A stretch of DNA of 64,000 bases from Utricularia gibba (Eukaryota > Plantae > Magnoliophyta): contig NEEC01000016.1 of NCBI GenBank assembly GCA_002189035.1, positions 1,612,001 to 1,676,000 of the forward strand, written 5' to 3'. Position 1 is the stretch's first letter, and each line of letters starts with the position of its first letter. The notes under the pieces are model-generated. The model had not been told where the DNA came from, did not search any database, and was given only the letters and a program-made list of their open reading frames with translations. The position numbers and the translations under genes are program-made. Positions 24,869-37,938 of this stretch are shown piece after piece.

Positions 24869-25236
24869 ATGATTCAACCCCAGACCCATTTAAATGTTGC
24901 AGATAACAGCGGGGCTCGCGAATTGATGTGTATTCGAATCCTAGGAGCTAAAATCGTCGATATGCGCATATTGGCGACATTATTGTTGCTGTGATCAAAG
25001 AAGCAGTGCCAAATATGCCTCTAGAAAAATCTGAAGTAGTCAGAGCTGTAATTGTTCGTACCCGTAAAGAACTTAAACGTGCCAATGGTATGATGATAAG
25101 ATATGATGACAACGCTGCTGTTGTGATTGATCAAGAAGGAAACCCAAAAGGGACTCGAATTTTTGGTGCACTCCCTAGGGAATTGAGACAATTCAATTTT
25201 ACTAAAATAGTTTCATTAGCTCCTGAGGTATTATAA
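24869..25236 (+). pseudogene. rpl14: Plastid rpl14 copy with a 1-nt deletion near 24950
   Basis: [27 protein letters not shown], a frameshift, then [24 protein letters not shown]...DDNAAVVID...LAPEVL*. 368 nt. Confidence 0.95.
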
Positions 25237-25533
25237 ATATAAAAAAATTAATATCTTTTCTTTGGCGTATTTGAAAGAAATCGATTCAGAACTAGATTAA
25301 TTCATGGATTGGGTGTTATGCATATACCTTGATGAAAAATTCCTATTTAGAAACCAATACCAATAAAAAAAAAGAAAAACATGTTGATTATATCCAATTT
25401 TTTAAATACTATGGTGGTTCCGTCAACAAGGGCGTTCTATACACTATATGGAACTTGAATTGACCGTCTAAGAATAGGAAAATGACTCATATTGTGCTAC
25501 ATAACTCAAGTTTAATATATATTTTAATATTTT

Positions 25534-26599
25534 TGTGACTAGTACCATCTTTGCATCTTTTATTTCTAGTTGGGACTAAATTACAATTTAGTCCCAACCT
25601 TAGTCCTAATAGTTCACTTGAGCAATATAGTGTATGTCAATAACCTAAATTCCAAGGAGCAGAATATGAATAGTGCAACGGCAGAAGATGAGGCCAAAAT
25701 GTGAAAAGAAGGACATAAAATCCAAGCAGAGGAAAAGGAAGATTTTGGACATAAAATGAGACAAGATGGAGAGAGAAAGGAGGATCTCTCCTATTGAAGA
25801 ATGCGCTAGATAATTTTGGGGAGGGGAGGATTGGAGAAAAAAATCGCAAGAATCAGAAAGAAGAATGCAGAAGACGATCCAAGAAAACAAGCTTCCTTTT
25901 GAAGATTTCTTCTACTCTTGAAGAACATTATTCCTAATTGAGGCTAGTTTTTAGTTTTTCTAGGTGAAAGATTTACTGTTTATGTTTTGTTATACATTCT
26001 CTACTTTTTAACTTTGAGACCAGAATAGTGATTATAATATGTCACCAAAGCGTTTTTCTTTTCCTTATCATGATTAGTTAAAGCACCTAGTGATGCCTTG
26101 GGATAAAGGGGTTAACAAGTTTATTGCTCACTAAAACATATTAGCCAAATATCACATTATTTCCTTACAAACCAAGATAGATCTTGGAGGAGGAAGTTGT
26201 GAAACTTATTAAAAAACTTTAATTAGAGGTAGACCAAAAATTAGGAAAAGAAAGATTTGGATAGATTTAGGCCTTTGCTTGTTATGTGAATGATCTATGA
26301 TTTAGGTGGAATAGTTATAACAATTTGCATATTAATCCTAGGACTTCCAAGGCACCATCCATCTCATATTAGATATAACCGAGTTCAAAGTTTGTTACTT
26401 TTCTTTATTATATTATATCATAAATTTGTCTTAATCCTAGTTTAGACTAAATCTATCAATGTGATACTGATTGTATGCATTGATAATGGCATGACAAGAA
26501 CTTGCTCTTCGTGTTTGACCCTTATTCACTATGCTCATAATTGTATTATGTTTGAATATGTATTAAGCTTATAAATTTTATTTGATAGAAGAATTTGCA
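25534..26599. mobile_element. Probable Gypsy (Athila/Tat-like) solo LTR, ~1.07 kb
   Basis: TG at 25534 and CA at 26599 are flanked by ATTTT on both sides (25529-33 and 26600-04); the cttcgtgtttgacccttatt 3' motif is typical of such LTRs. The TSD is low-complexity, so the exact ends are uncertain (alternative end 26627). Confidence 0.55.
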
Positions 26600-26634
26600 A
26601 TTTTAATGACATTGCTAAAATTTTTCATTTATTA

Positions 26635-29600
26635 GACACTTGCTTCAAACCATTGAGAGAACAATGCATCAAAGACATATTACAAAAGTTCCTTATTGGC
26701 CTCAACCCAGAGTTTGATGCAATGTGACAACAACTCCTCAATCAAAAAACATTTACCAAGTATAAATGAAGCCTATCAAGCTGCGTTTCAAGAGGAGAAT
26801 CAACTAAAGAAACTAATGCTCCCCTCAAAAGTGTCTGCACTTCATGGCCAAGGAACCACAGTCCCACCCACTCTTGAAACCAAAACAAGAGAATCCTAGG
26901 GAACCAAGAATTCTAGGAAGTATTCTCACACAAATCACAGTATAGACCAATGTTGGAAAATCATCGATGTTCCCTCTTGAATACAGAAAGGGCGACAAGA
27001 AAGGAAAAAGGAACAAGCATACTATATTTAATTCTAACCTTGTTCAAAGTGTTTTGAAGGAACACCACACTACAATTGAAGAAGTCATCTCACTCACCAG
27101 AGGCCAACTACAATCTCTACTACAAAAATCTAATAAGGCAAAGAACTTAGGATCAAAGAATGCAAAGGCCTCTGCAACATCCAAATCAAGAGACCACACA
27201 CTGCAATAAATCAAGGAGAAATCCCAACCATGAACTCTTTTGTGAGTAGCATCATCGATTTACAAAATTGATTTTGGGCTAACGAACATATGTGCTATAA
27301 CCTTGAATTATTTGAATCCTATAAACCATTCCCTACACATGAGGTTTAGAATAATCACACAATGCTAGTGCATAACATTGGAAGTGTTAAACTAAATCAA
27401 CACATCACATTGCATAATGTGCTACACATACCTTCGTTTGCTGTCAATCTCATCTTTGTGTATCAGCTTCTATCTAAAAGCAACACACTACAGGTGTTTA
27501 TGATTAACCAATGTTTGTTGTAGGACTCATCATGTCCAACGATGATGATTGAGAAGGTTAGATGTTGTCATGGACTTTATGTGTTTGAACATTCTGCTGT
27601 CAAAACAGAAACTTTAATTTCTTTTCTTGATTCAACATTGCCGAATATCATTCATTCTTTAAAAATTAGTGGCTTGCACACATTTTACTTATGGCGTCAC
27701 ATGATGGGTCATCCCTCCCACTCAATTTTAGCACAATTGTCACAAACACATCCCATGATTTATAGCATGCTCACACATATATGTACAACATGCTCTCGGG
27801 CAAAATAATGAAAACTTTCATTCATTGTCTATAAAAGATATTCTAACCTTTTCGATCTGATTTATATAGATACATGGGGACCCTACAAGACATAGGCTCG
27901 AGGTGAATATAAGTGGTTTCTAACAATTGTTGAGGATGCAACAAGAGCAACATAGATGACCTTATGAAACTAAAATCCAAGGTACCAATAGTTATCACCT
28001 CGTTCATCTAACAAATAGAAACACAATTTGGGAATCGAATAAAAATCATCCGTAGTGATCAAGCTTTGGAGTATTCACTTGTGGAGTTTGAAAAACTGGA
28101 CATCTTGTATCACAAAAACAGTGTGGAAGTAGCAAAACAAAACGAGGTGGTAGAGCAATGACATCAACACCTCTTAAACATTGCTCATGTGCTACTTTTC
28201 CAAGCCGATCTACCGAAACAATTCTAGGTGATGTGGTTCTCACAACAACTTATCTACTCAATTGAATGTCAATCAAATGACTAGAGTTTCTCACCCCCTA
28301 TAAAAAACTCATGGGAAAACAACCCACCTATAATCACATCCGAGTCATTGGATGCCCCTGTTTCGTGTCAACTCTAAAACACGGATGCTTCAAGCTAGAC
28401 TCGAGAGCATGATGATGCATATTCCTTGGATATTCCCAAGGAATAAAAGGCTACACACTATATGATCTTGACACTAACAAAACCTTCATCTCTCAAAACG
28501 TTATCTTCCATGAATTTGTGTTTCCATTTTCCTCTAACTTTTGCTCTTACCTGAATGCAGAATACGGGTTTGAGATGAACAGACCCGGCGATGACAAAGA
28601 TGACCTAATGTGCATACTGGGAGGAAAGTCCATCAACACTGATACCATTAGGTCTGATGCTGAAAATGGGCTGCACCTCACCTCAGAAAGCTCAAACCCC
28701 GCCTCTCCGAGCAATCGAAATATAAGTGCCGAAGAAGTAGGGGATGAACCTACTTTGGAAAATGGAGGAAATCTACTTAGGGATGAATCAAATACAAACA
28801 TCTCTAGTCCATAAGTCCCCAGACCAGACCATTTTCAACAAACCCGATGCAAGAAAATTAGAGGCCACAACGAACATAATGTCTCCTGACGTATCTTAAT
28901 ATCTATTCACATAATCTACAAGATCCTCAAGCCCACTGTAGAACCAGCTATTCAGTTCAATCCTATTTGGGAATTGACCGACTTGGCAAGGCTTATGCCA
29001 ACTTCTACAGAAATATCATTCAATTATCAGAACTGCAATCGTTTGCTAAAGTAGTAGCTCTACTAGAATGGATAGAACTGATGAAGAGGGAGTTGAAAGC
29101 CATGGAATCAAACAACACATGGAAAATTGTGGAAATACTGAAAAATACACATACAATTGATTGTCACTGACTATACAAGAACAAACTCCTCACAGATTGA
29201 ACACTTGAAAGAAGAAAAGCTCGGTTGGTAGCATGAGGTTCAGTAAGTGCAAGGAGTCGATTCTGAAGAAATGTTTAGCCCAATAACTAAACACACCACC
29301 ATGAGAACATTCTTTGGAATTGCTATTGCTAATAAATATAACCTCAGACAACTAGACATATAGGCTGTTTTATCTTACTTACAATTGATTATAAATTGCT
29401 TATAATTTATAAAATTGTTTTATTCACTACTTAGAAGTGAATTTAAAATAATACTTTTAAATTACTTATAAGTTAAATTTATAAGTAAAAAAAATGTACT
29501 TATGTTTTTTTCTTATAAATTTAGTTACTTATAAGTTAGATTTGTAATTTAAGTTACTTATAAGCTAAATTTGTCAAATTAAACACTATATACTTATATG

Positions 29601-30065
29601 TAACTTATAAGTTTAAAATTAAAAGTAAATAATAATAAAAGTTATACAAAACACGCTCCTAAATAGATAATGCCTTCCTAATGTTGACCAAGAAGAGTGC
29701 ATATACATGGGCATTCCCCCCATGCTACCAACATGGTAAGAAGGTTAGTGCAAATGAAAATTAGTATGTAAATTGCAGAAAACTCTATACGGTCTCAAGC
29801 AATCCTTAAGATATTGGAACTGCAAGTTTACAGAAACGTTATGAGAGTTTGGATGCAAATAGAGTAAGGCCAACCCGTCTTTATTCACCAAGCAGACACC
29901 TGTAGGGGAACTCCTAGTGCTACTAGTATATGAGGATGATATTGTTATTGACAGCACGTCTACACCACTTGTGGAATCTCTAGTTTGATTGTTGATAGGA
30001 AAATTCAAGCTAAAAGATCTCGTTCACCCTCATTACTTTCTTGAGTAGAAGTGGCACATTCGAAG
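26635..30065 (+). mobile_element. Copia element continued: gag 3' part, protease, GAG-pre-integrase, integrase and truncated RT (degenerate)
   Basis: KDILQKFLIGLNPEF; LWRHMMGHPS; FDLIYIDTWGPYK; IRSDQALEY; CIFLGYSQGIKGYTLYDL...VIFHEFVFPF; ELKAMESNNTWKIV; KTLYGLKQS; LLVYEDDIVI. No RNase H or 3' LTR follows. Confidence 0.92.
29361..29661. mobile_element. MITE-like insertion (~300 bp, TTATAAG-rich) inside the Copia RT
   Basis: Imperfect TIRs TAGGCTGTTTT...AAAACACGCTCCTA with ATA flanks. Removing it restores QLDI-DNAFL of the RT. Confidence 0.72.
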
Positions 30066-30949
30066 CAACCTTGGACTCAACCTGTACCTGCAGGTCACTC
30101 GAGTACGGTTTGCTAGGTCATGACCTATTAGGTTTCGATGGGTTTCCCTCACTTCATTTCAATTTCTCTTTAGACTGAAATGAAATGAGTATGGTTGGTT
30201 TAGCTTCCTAAAGCTATTGAAGTTTCATTTGGTTTTGATGGCAATCTTTATTTCATATCACACAGCGAGATCTTCAATTCAAATTTTCCCATATATTTTG
30301 GTTTATTGTGTATGAAATTCTTTTTCTAGATTAATGTGCATAAGTTGAAAAGAGGCATGGATATGCGATCAATAACAATTAATGGTGAATACCATCATAT
30401 TCTACTGTCCCACGAGTGGAAAGTTTTTTTTTACCAAAATCATGATATTTGAACTGAAAAACTAATTAATAAACAAATAAAAAAGAAAAACACAACAGAA
30501 GGAAGTAAACTGAAACCCAAGAAACACATCTAAGTACTAAATAAAACTGTAGCAAAAAAGAAGTCCTTGATTCATTACTAGAAGTTTAGCATAAGGTGAA
30601 TATTGTTCTACAGTTGCAAGAAACCCCATCAGCAGTGTGTATTGGCATATTGTTCTCGAAATTATGCTGCACAGTCACCTCGTGATTCAAAATACTAGTA
30701 GGAGGTCCTATTTTTTGAACGAGAATTACAAGAAAGAATCATAAAATGAATTACACCTTTTAATATTTGTAAAGTTAAAATGAATGAAGATAAACGAGCT
30801 ATAGTAATAATATACAAGTTTTCCCTCATTTTTCTAGGATTAGGATTGGCTGTATAGTTTCGAACAACATAGGCGGTGTTAAAAACTTTTTTTGTTAGTT
30901 TTAGATAAACAAATTAAATGTTTAAAGCATAAAAAAGAAAAAAAAGTAC

Positions 30950-32340
30950 ACTTTTTTTTCAAATGTAGAACCATCATCTTCGTCACCATCATCATCATCT
31001 TGATCTTGATTTTAATCCGTGAGAAACAATACTACTAAACTTTGTTCTTGACCCTTGCATTTTTTGTGCATCTCTTTCTCATCTAAGCGACCTTGCACGT
31101 TTTTGTGATACTACTAGGAGAAGCTGAAACCATAACATGAAAATTATCTATTCTCAAAGATTGGTCAGATTCAGCCACCTTAGAAACAAATCTAGCTCAA
31201 TTAGCCTCAGTCTCAAATAAGTCATACAAATGTTTTAAAACAGTGATAGTATTGTCTTATATATATATATATATATTAAGCATTAGGTTGACATAATGGA
31301 AACTTAAGAAAATAAACATAAGAAAAATAAACTTTCAAATTAGTTTGTAAAATAGTAGCTTCAACTCTCAGATCAAATATATTAGAGACAAGAAATAGAA
31401 TATGAACATTGAGAAAATATTTAACAAATTTTTCAACCATAACTAAAATAATTTATAACAAAAACTTAACTTCAACATATTTGTTAAAGTTTATTGAAAT
31501 TGTAACCTAAGCTGGCAATACTAAATGAGTGTGGGATAATAACAACCACTAAATAGAGTAGTGTATTTCTAAAAAAAGATCAAGTATTTCACACAAAGTC
31601 TGAAATTTCAAAGGTATTTCAGAATCAATTGAACAATTTTGATCAGCATGCATTCTCATTAATACGGGAATAATACTCTTATATGTAAACAAAGACCTAA
31701 GCATGTGAAAAGAAGAATTCCATTTAGTTGGACAATTCTTTTTTAAAGTTCTATATGCAATGTCTCTAATCTTTTGAAAATGGCTCTTTTAGACATGAAT
31801 TTTTTTATTAACTTAATCAACTTACATAATAAAACAAGAGTCTTGGCAAATACTCATAAAGCATCTTGCACACATAAATTCAAAAAATGGCACACACATC
31901 TTGAATGAAAAAAAACACCACCTAAAGGAGGATTAATGGAAGATTTCAAGACTGAAATAGCATTTGAATTGTTAAAAACATTATCAAGAATAACAAAAAA
32001 TACATGTTTAACAAAACCATATTCAACACAAACACTAGTAATCAATTGAGCAATTTGAATACCGGTGTGTGGAGTTTCATAAGGTCTAAATGCTAAAACT
32101 CTTTTTTGTATAATCTACAAATCATTAAGCCAATTAGCAGTTACAACAACATAATCCTCACCATTATTACCATGTCAACCATTAGCAGTCAATGCAAACC
32201 ATTTTAGAAATTGAAATGATGAAATTAAAGCTGTTATTTTCTTTTCAAATTTGTCAAAAGCAATTCAAAAAGCTTTTCTTCTAGAAAAAGCATCCAACAA
32301 CATTCAAAGTAAATTGAAAAGTATTACTAGTATATCTATC
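30950..32340 (-). mobile_element. Degenerate hAT transposase
   Basis: IQKRVLAFRPYETPHTGIQIA (32050-32130) and VILDNVFNN...FFHSRCVCHFLNLCVQDAL (ORF 31854..32045) match hAT/RICESLEEPER motifs. Confidence 0.8.
31257..31277. repeat. (TA)n microsatellite
   Basis: Direct read. Confidence 0.9.
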
Positions 32341-32479
32341 AAGATATTTGTTCACTATATGTCTCAAAAAATTTGAAGTTAAACCACCTTTTCCATTCTT
32401 ACAAAAACATAACAATATTTGCATATAGTCTTTCCTTTTACCAAATCATGCACAAAGTGCTCACATTGCACTTATTCCC

Positions 32480-32870
32480 ACTATTGGATCGGTTATGTTT
32501 AGCTAGAGTTCAGAAAAACAAAGTAGCGTTGCTCAATCCACAATGGAGGCAAAGTATGTTGCTACTGTCTTAACAATTAATCATGCTATTTGGCTTCGCA
32601 AGATGGCAATGAACTAGATTTACAATTGATGGGCTTATTGTCATCTTATGTGATTCTAAGTCGGCAATAGCTATTACTAAAAATTTAGTGTTCCATGGAA
32701 AAACTAAACGTATACATATTAAGTTCCATATGGTTCGAGAAGTTGAGGAGATCAAAGAAGTGCTGGTGCATTGTTCTTTTGAGGACTCGGTAGTGACATA
32801 TTCACAAAGCATCTTCCCCCCTACGATGTTTCAGCATATGTTATAAGATATTAAGGAGGCATTTGTTGGA
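32480..32870 (+). mobile_element. Copia RNase H remnant with PPT and the start of a 3' LTR
   Basis: KKQSSVAQSTMEAKYVA...CDSKSAIAITKNLVFHGKTKRIHIKFHMVRE, then AAGGAGGCATT-TGTTGG near 32853-32870. Confidence 0.75.
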
Positions 32871-32999
32871 GTTAACAAGAGTAATCTCATGGAATCTATT
32901 AAGGAAGTTACTTTGATCACTTAGCAAACCTTGAGCTACTGAAGAATCTAGTGGAGTGATCAATCACTTGAAGTTGAATTAGTCTTGTTTAGTTGTATT

Positions 33000-33707
33000 G
33001 AAATGTGGGTTATGTCCTTAAACTTTGGTTATGGGACAACTACAAAACTATGTGTGTAAGTTCATTATGGTATTAGTTCCATGAATAAAAGTTTTTCCAC
33101 TATTTCATGTTTTGAAACATTTTGCAATAATATAATGTCCAGTGGGATCAAAACCTTGGCCGATGAATCTTCAACGGCTACCTGACGTAAGGGTTTGGGA
33201 ATGAGAAGCCTTCTAAGCCCGAAAGGGAGTGAGGCTATTAGGTTCACCATGGCTAGGACCTCTTCCAACAACAACACATTTTTGCCATAAGAAAACTGCT
33301 TAAGGATTTTTGGGTCACTCTGTGTGTTCATGTTACTTTAGTTATGCTTAGACGTGTTAGTCTATACCAAGCTAACTCTCTAACAAACATGAGTGCATGC
33401 AAGGAGGCAAGGTGGAGCAACATGAGCAAGGAAGAGAGGTTGGCAATGAAGTCACTCGAGTCAAATGAGATGGTGGAAATCAAAAAATCACAAGTGTTTC
33501 GTATTGCATTTCATGCATGTGTTATTCTTTCAATACTATGTTGAAGTTGGGTTTCTATTGAGCTAAGTATGATGCAATTTTTTAGTAAACCTATGTCTTA
33601 CGCTAAATCAACAAAAACCTCTCGAAAATATCAAACCAAAAGAGACGTAAGCACCATTTGAGAGGGTAACACTCAAAATGGCTATAGTGTCGAGTTGGGG
33701 TGTCACA
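33000..33707. mobile_element. Possible Gypsy LTR fragment ending GGGGTGTCACA
   Basis: The terminal motif resembles the common Gypsy LTR end GGGGTGTTACA. The start is not defined. Confidence 0.35.
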
Positions 33708-33984
33708 TTTTTGTTATTAAATCCAAGTTCACTCAAGTCAGTCATTTGTGTTGTCTTCTGTTGGACTGGATAACAGTAAGTGAAATGATATTTATAGGTG
33801 AGATTTGGGTATAGGAATCCAATGGGGGCACAAGTGGGGATAATGCCTCACGAGTGAGAAGTAAGAACACATCCAAGGTCCACATATAGGCAGCAAGGGA
33901 CAAACATCATACACAAAGGAAAATTCCTAGGTGGATGGAAGAATTAAGAAGTTTGCTATATCAATACACGTCGTAGTAGGACAT

Positions 33985-34335
33985 AAGAGTTTCGAAACCC
34001 TTATTGCATATAAAGCATAAGGTGATAAAAGCCTGGATATTGTCAAAAGAAATGTATAAGAAAATGAGATACATCAATCAAGTCTACATAAGTATTTTCT
34101 ACTTCTATGTATAATATTCAGCAATACTCCAAAGTTCATATGAACGTTAATGCAGGTTACAATTTTGTTGCAGGCTTAATGTAGCACAATTACAATCCTT
34201 TTGTTTAGACCTAAATCAAACTCTTACATAATTAAAGTGTCTTGATCAGCCCATTGATCCAGGCCTAATCTAAGCATTTCCTTCCCTAATCACCGTGTAG
34301 TGTTTGCTTGACATGAGATGGATTTTCTGATCTAA
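33985..34335. repeat. Dispersed direct repeat, copy A; 33985-34180 matches 37735-37920 and 34190-34335 matches 39043-39205 (probable LTR remnants)
   Basis: By-eye alignment, e.g. gaaacccttatt...aaaagaaatgtataagaaaa...gttcatatgaa and caatccttttgtt...gcccattgatcc...atggattttct. Substantially diverged. Confidence 0.7.
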
Positions 34336-34617
34336 AGTTCTTGACACATTCATCATTCCCCCATGACAAGAAAATTCAGCATGACTTGGGCAATCGTCGC
34401 AATTTATCTTGGGTGAGCTTTGTTTTCAAGTATGACTTTGAGCATAATCTAAGCTTTTTGCATTTGCACCTATCTCAATTGAACTTTTTGGCTGTTTTCC
34501 ATCCTTTAAGTGACTCAAGTTTTCATTGTAGTAAGAGGGTTCTCAAAGAATAAAGTGATTGTTGCTCCCCTTCTGCAAGTTTCAACCAGGCATACTATTT
34601 TGCATCAAATCAAGTTC

Positions 34618-37600
34618 TTAATTTCCAATACATCCCTTCACAGTATGATCATTTTTTAGGATCAAGCTTTTCAATAATCCCAATTTGTCTTTGACGTGAT
34701 TGAAGGTTTTTGGATGTAATAGTTTTGTGAGGATATCTGTAAGCTGATGTGTTGATGGCACAAATTTCAGCTTTATCATTATTGTTCTCACATAGCTATT
34801 CACCACATGATATCTGAGTTCTATATGTTTTGATCTTCCATAGAATATAGGATTGTTTCCCATCATAATAGCCGACTTGTTGTCTAGATTTAGGATAATT
34901 AGCTTTTCCAATAGTTGATGAAGTCATTGAAAATTTTCTTCAACTAGGTATTGTGATTAGAAGTGGAAGCAACTGCAATATACTTGGCTCCAACTGTTGA
35001 TTGCACAATAACTGATTGTTTTTTGTTGCTCCATGCAAAGGTCTAAGCATACATGAGTATTCGAACATTGATTTCCTATCTGTTTTATGTGTTTCAAAGT
35101 CATTGACTAAGTACACTTGTAGATAAGGCGTAGTTTCAATCTTGTAGTGTAGTCCAATGTCATGTGTATTGTTGAGATATTTCAAAATTCCTTTTTCTGC
35201 TTCAAGTTTGATGTTTAGCCATACATTGTGACAATTTGTCGATCTTGCAATATCATGCTCTAAGTGCTTATTTGAGTCCATAGAGTGCCTTGTGAAATTT
35301 ATAAACTTTTTTTTTTTGACCTTTGATCATAAAATCCAGTAGTTATTCAGCATACACCTCTTATGATAAATCTCCATTCAAAAGCAAAGATTTCACATTT
35401 AGGTGGTAAACATGCCAATTGTGGCAAGCCAAGAAAGTAAACAAAAGTTTAATGGTATCCATTCTTGTAACAAGGGCAAAGGTATCCTAATAATCAAGTA
35501 CATCCCTTTAAATATATCCCTTAGCAATTAGTATGACTTGAATCAGAAAGTAAACAAAAGTTTATTTACATTTCAATCTACATTTAGCTTGGTTCAGAGC
35601 TTCCATTTTACTCCTGTAGGTCGCTTGCTTTTGTTTCAATCTACTAATGTACAAGTATTGTACTAATTAATAGTATTTAACTCTTGTTCCATTGCCTTTT
35701 GTATTCAAGATTTCTTAGAGCAGCAACGACACTTGTAGGATCAAAATGTGCCATTAAACATTATGCTAATAGAAGTCCATTATGGGTTTGAAGCCTCTCA
35801 CAATTGAATCATTATAATTGCATACGTCTAGTTGAGTTTATGATGTATTTTCACTCTCAATTATCTCTACATTTTCTCTAAAGATTCCTCATTATTTGGG
35901 ACATCTATGTGTCGAAGGTTGTCTGACTTTTGGTTCGGCTATCTTATCTTTTGAATCAATTCTTGTACCCGAGAAATCTTCCAACCCTTCTATCATATTC
36001 ATAGGAAGCGAGTCATCCGAGTATTCAGATACAACATTTCCTTGAATTTCTAGAACATCTTTATCATGCTTATCACTTGATGCTTCTGGGTGAAATTAGA
36101 TGGTTATTTTCATTGAATGAGGATGATAAACCCTTCTTGGTTGCTTGTATAGTGTCATTAGGATCTTTGTTGATTAATTCTGATTCTTTTGCATTTAGTA
36201 TGATACCGAAGATAGTTCCATGACTATATGGGCTTGATTTGTCTTCAAAATCTCTTGAATTTATGTCATTATTATTTCACAGGGTGCTTCATTGATGACA
36301 CGACATACCTCCACATGGGTTGAGGGCATTGAGGTATTGCTTGGAAATACATCAAATATAATTTTTTTGCTCTATTTTCTACGACAGAGGTGTTCAAGTT
36401 CCAAGTGCGTTCGTATGAGAAAACAACATCTCTATTTAGTATCATAATTTTCTTTGCTAAGTCCTAGTTGCGATATGCTTTTGTGGTTTTAGTATAACCA
36501 TGAACACTCCAATTTTGCTCTTCTTGCCCATCTTTTTTTCTCAAAGGTTTGGATATATGTTGAAAACAAATGCACCCAAATACTTTCAAATGGTCAATAA
36601 TAGGTACTCTTCTAGTTCATAGTTTATGAGATGTTTTACAAGTTGTTATTCTTCTTGTGGGTAGGTGATTTAGTTGATAAACTACCATGATAATTGCCTC
36701 TAAATATTAAGTTTCAAAGATAGAGATATCATTAGAAATGCCGCTAAATGATCAACTTCTAATAGTAAAGTCAACTTGCTATTGAACTCTAATAAGTGTT
36801 TTTGTTTAGATTGATATTTAAGCTTCCATTCTTCATAATTAGTCGTGTTTGAACTTGAGTGACAAATCCTTTCAAGATTCCATAAGTACTTTTCTGGCAC
36901 GTAAGATTTCTATTTTTTGCAAATTTGACATGTCATGAGACTTCTGCTCTTTTCTTTTGTTTTGCTTCCAATCATTAGCGTTGAAGATTTGTATCTTCGC
37001 TTGTTGCATTTTTTGGTTTTCAGTGCTCCAAATGTCATTGTTGCAAGACATTTTATGGTTTTGAGTGTAGTTCTATTTCCAAGAGATTTTCCAACAGTTC
37101 ATTGTGAGTGAATCTTGTGAGGTAACCAGAAACAATCAAAGAAGTGATAGTTGAATTATAGGTATATGGTATAGCATTTAATATTATATCCTACAATCTG
37201 TCTTCATCAGGTATTGATTCTAGAAGTCTTAATTTTCAAACTCCACTCTTTAATTCTTCAACAAGAGTCTTAATGGAGGAATAACCATGCTTCCTTGGGT
37301 GGCTTGACTCTTTGAGATTGCCGAGAGCTCTCCATTGATGTGCTATTTGAGTGGCTTGACTCTCTACATTTTCAAGGTAGGTTTTTTTAAATAATAACCA
37401 TGCTTCCTTAGTTGTTTCATAGTCTAGAATAACCTTATATGCTTCTCCAATAATGGCCTCATCAAATATAGCACATACACTACTTTATTGTAGGATTTGT
37501 GAGTTGATGGTTCGTCAAGTTCTACATTGAAAGATAGTCCCACAAGTCTTAGTGCATTAGATAATTCTTCATTTTCTATTCCCAATCTGAAATTCCTTCG
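34618..37600 (-). mobile_element. Degenerate Copia internal region (gag, integrase, RT, RNase H) on the minus strand
   Basis: RNase H LDNKSAIMMGNNPIFYGRSKHIELRYH...HQLTDILTKLL (34618..34911), RT ILKYLNNTHDIGLHY...DRKSM (34940..35281), integrase HLKVFGCICF (~36590), gag MPEKY (36900). Confidence 0.82.
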
Positions 37601-37938
37601 GATCCTTTCCATCGAAAGAAGGCGGGCCTTAGAGGCTCACAATAGTAGTATCCATTCTTCAAGAAACAAATAGAAATAATTGAACCTAAGGATGAAGCGA
37701 GTAAACTCGATTCACAATGAATTCACTAAGAAGAGTTTTGAAACCCTTATTACATACAAAGCGTAAGATTATGAAAGTATGGATATTTTCAAAAGAAATG
37801 TATAAGAAAACGAGGTACATCAACCAAGTCTATCCAAGTATTTTCTACTCGTATTTATGATACTCAACAACACTCCAATGTTCATATGAATGTTAGAGAA
37901 GGTTACCATTGTGCTACACACTTATAGTCTTCAGGGCA

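Larger units (their letters stand above)
17598..25409. other. NUPT segment 2: ycf2(5')-trnI-rpl23-rpl2-rps19-rpl22-rps3-rpl16-rpl14 and rpl14-rps8 spacer (IR/LSC junction)
   Basis: Gene order, strands and spacer lengths are colinear with the angiosperm plastome. Confidence 0.96.

Noticed and set aside
12296-25409. The window being a real plastid genome or an assembly contaminant
   Set aside because: The genes carry stops, deletions and transition bias, and the block is embedded between two matching halves of a nuclear Copia gag.
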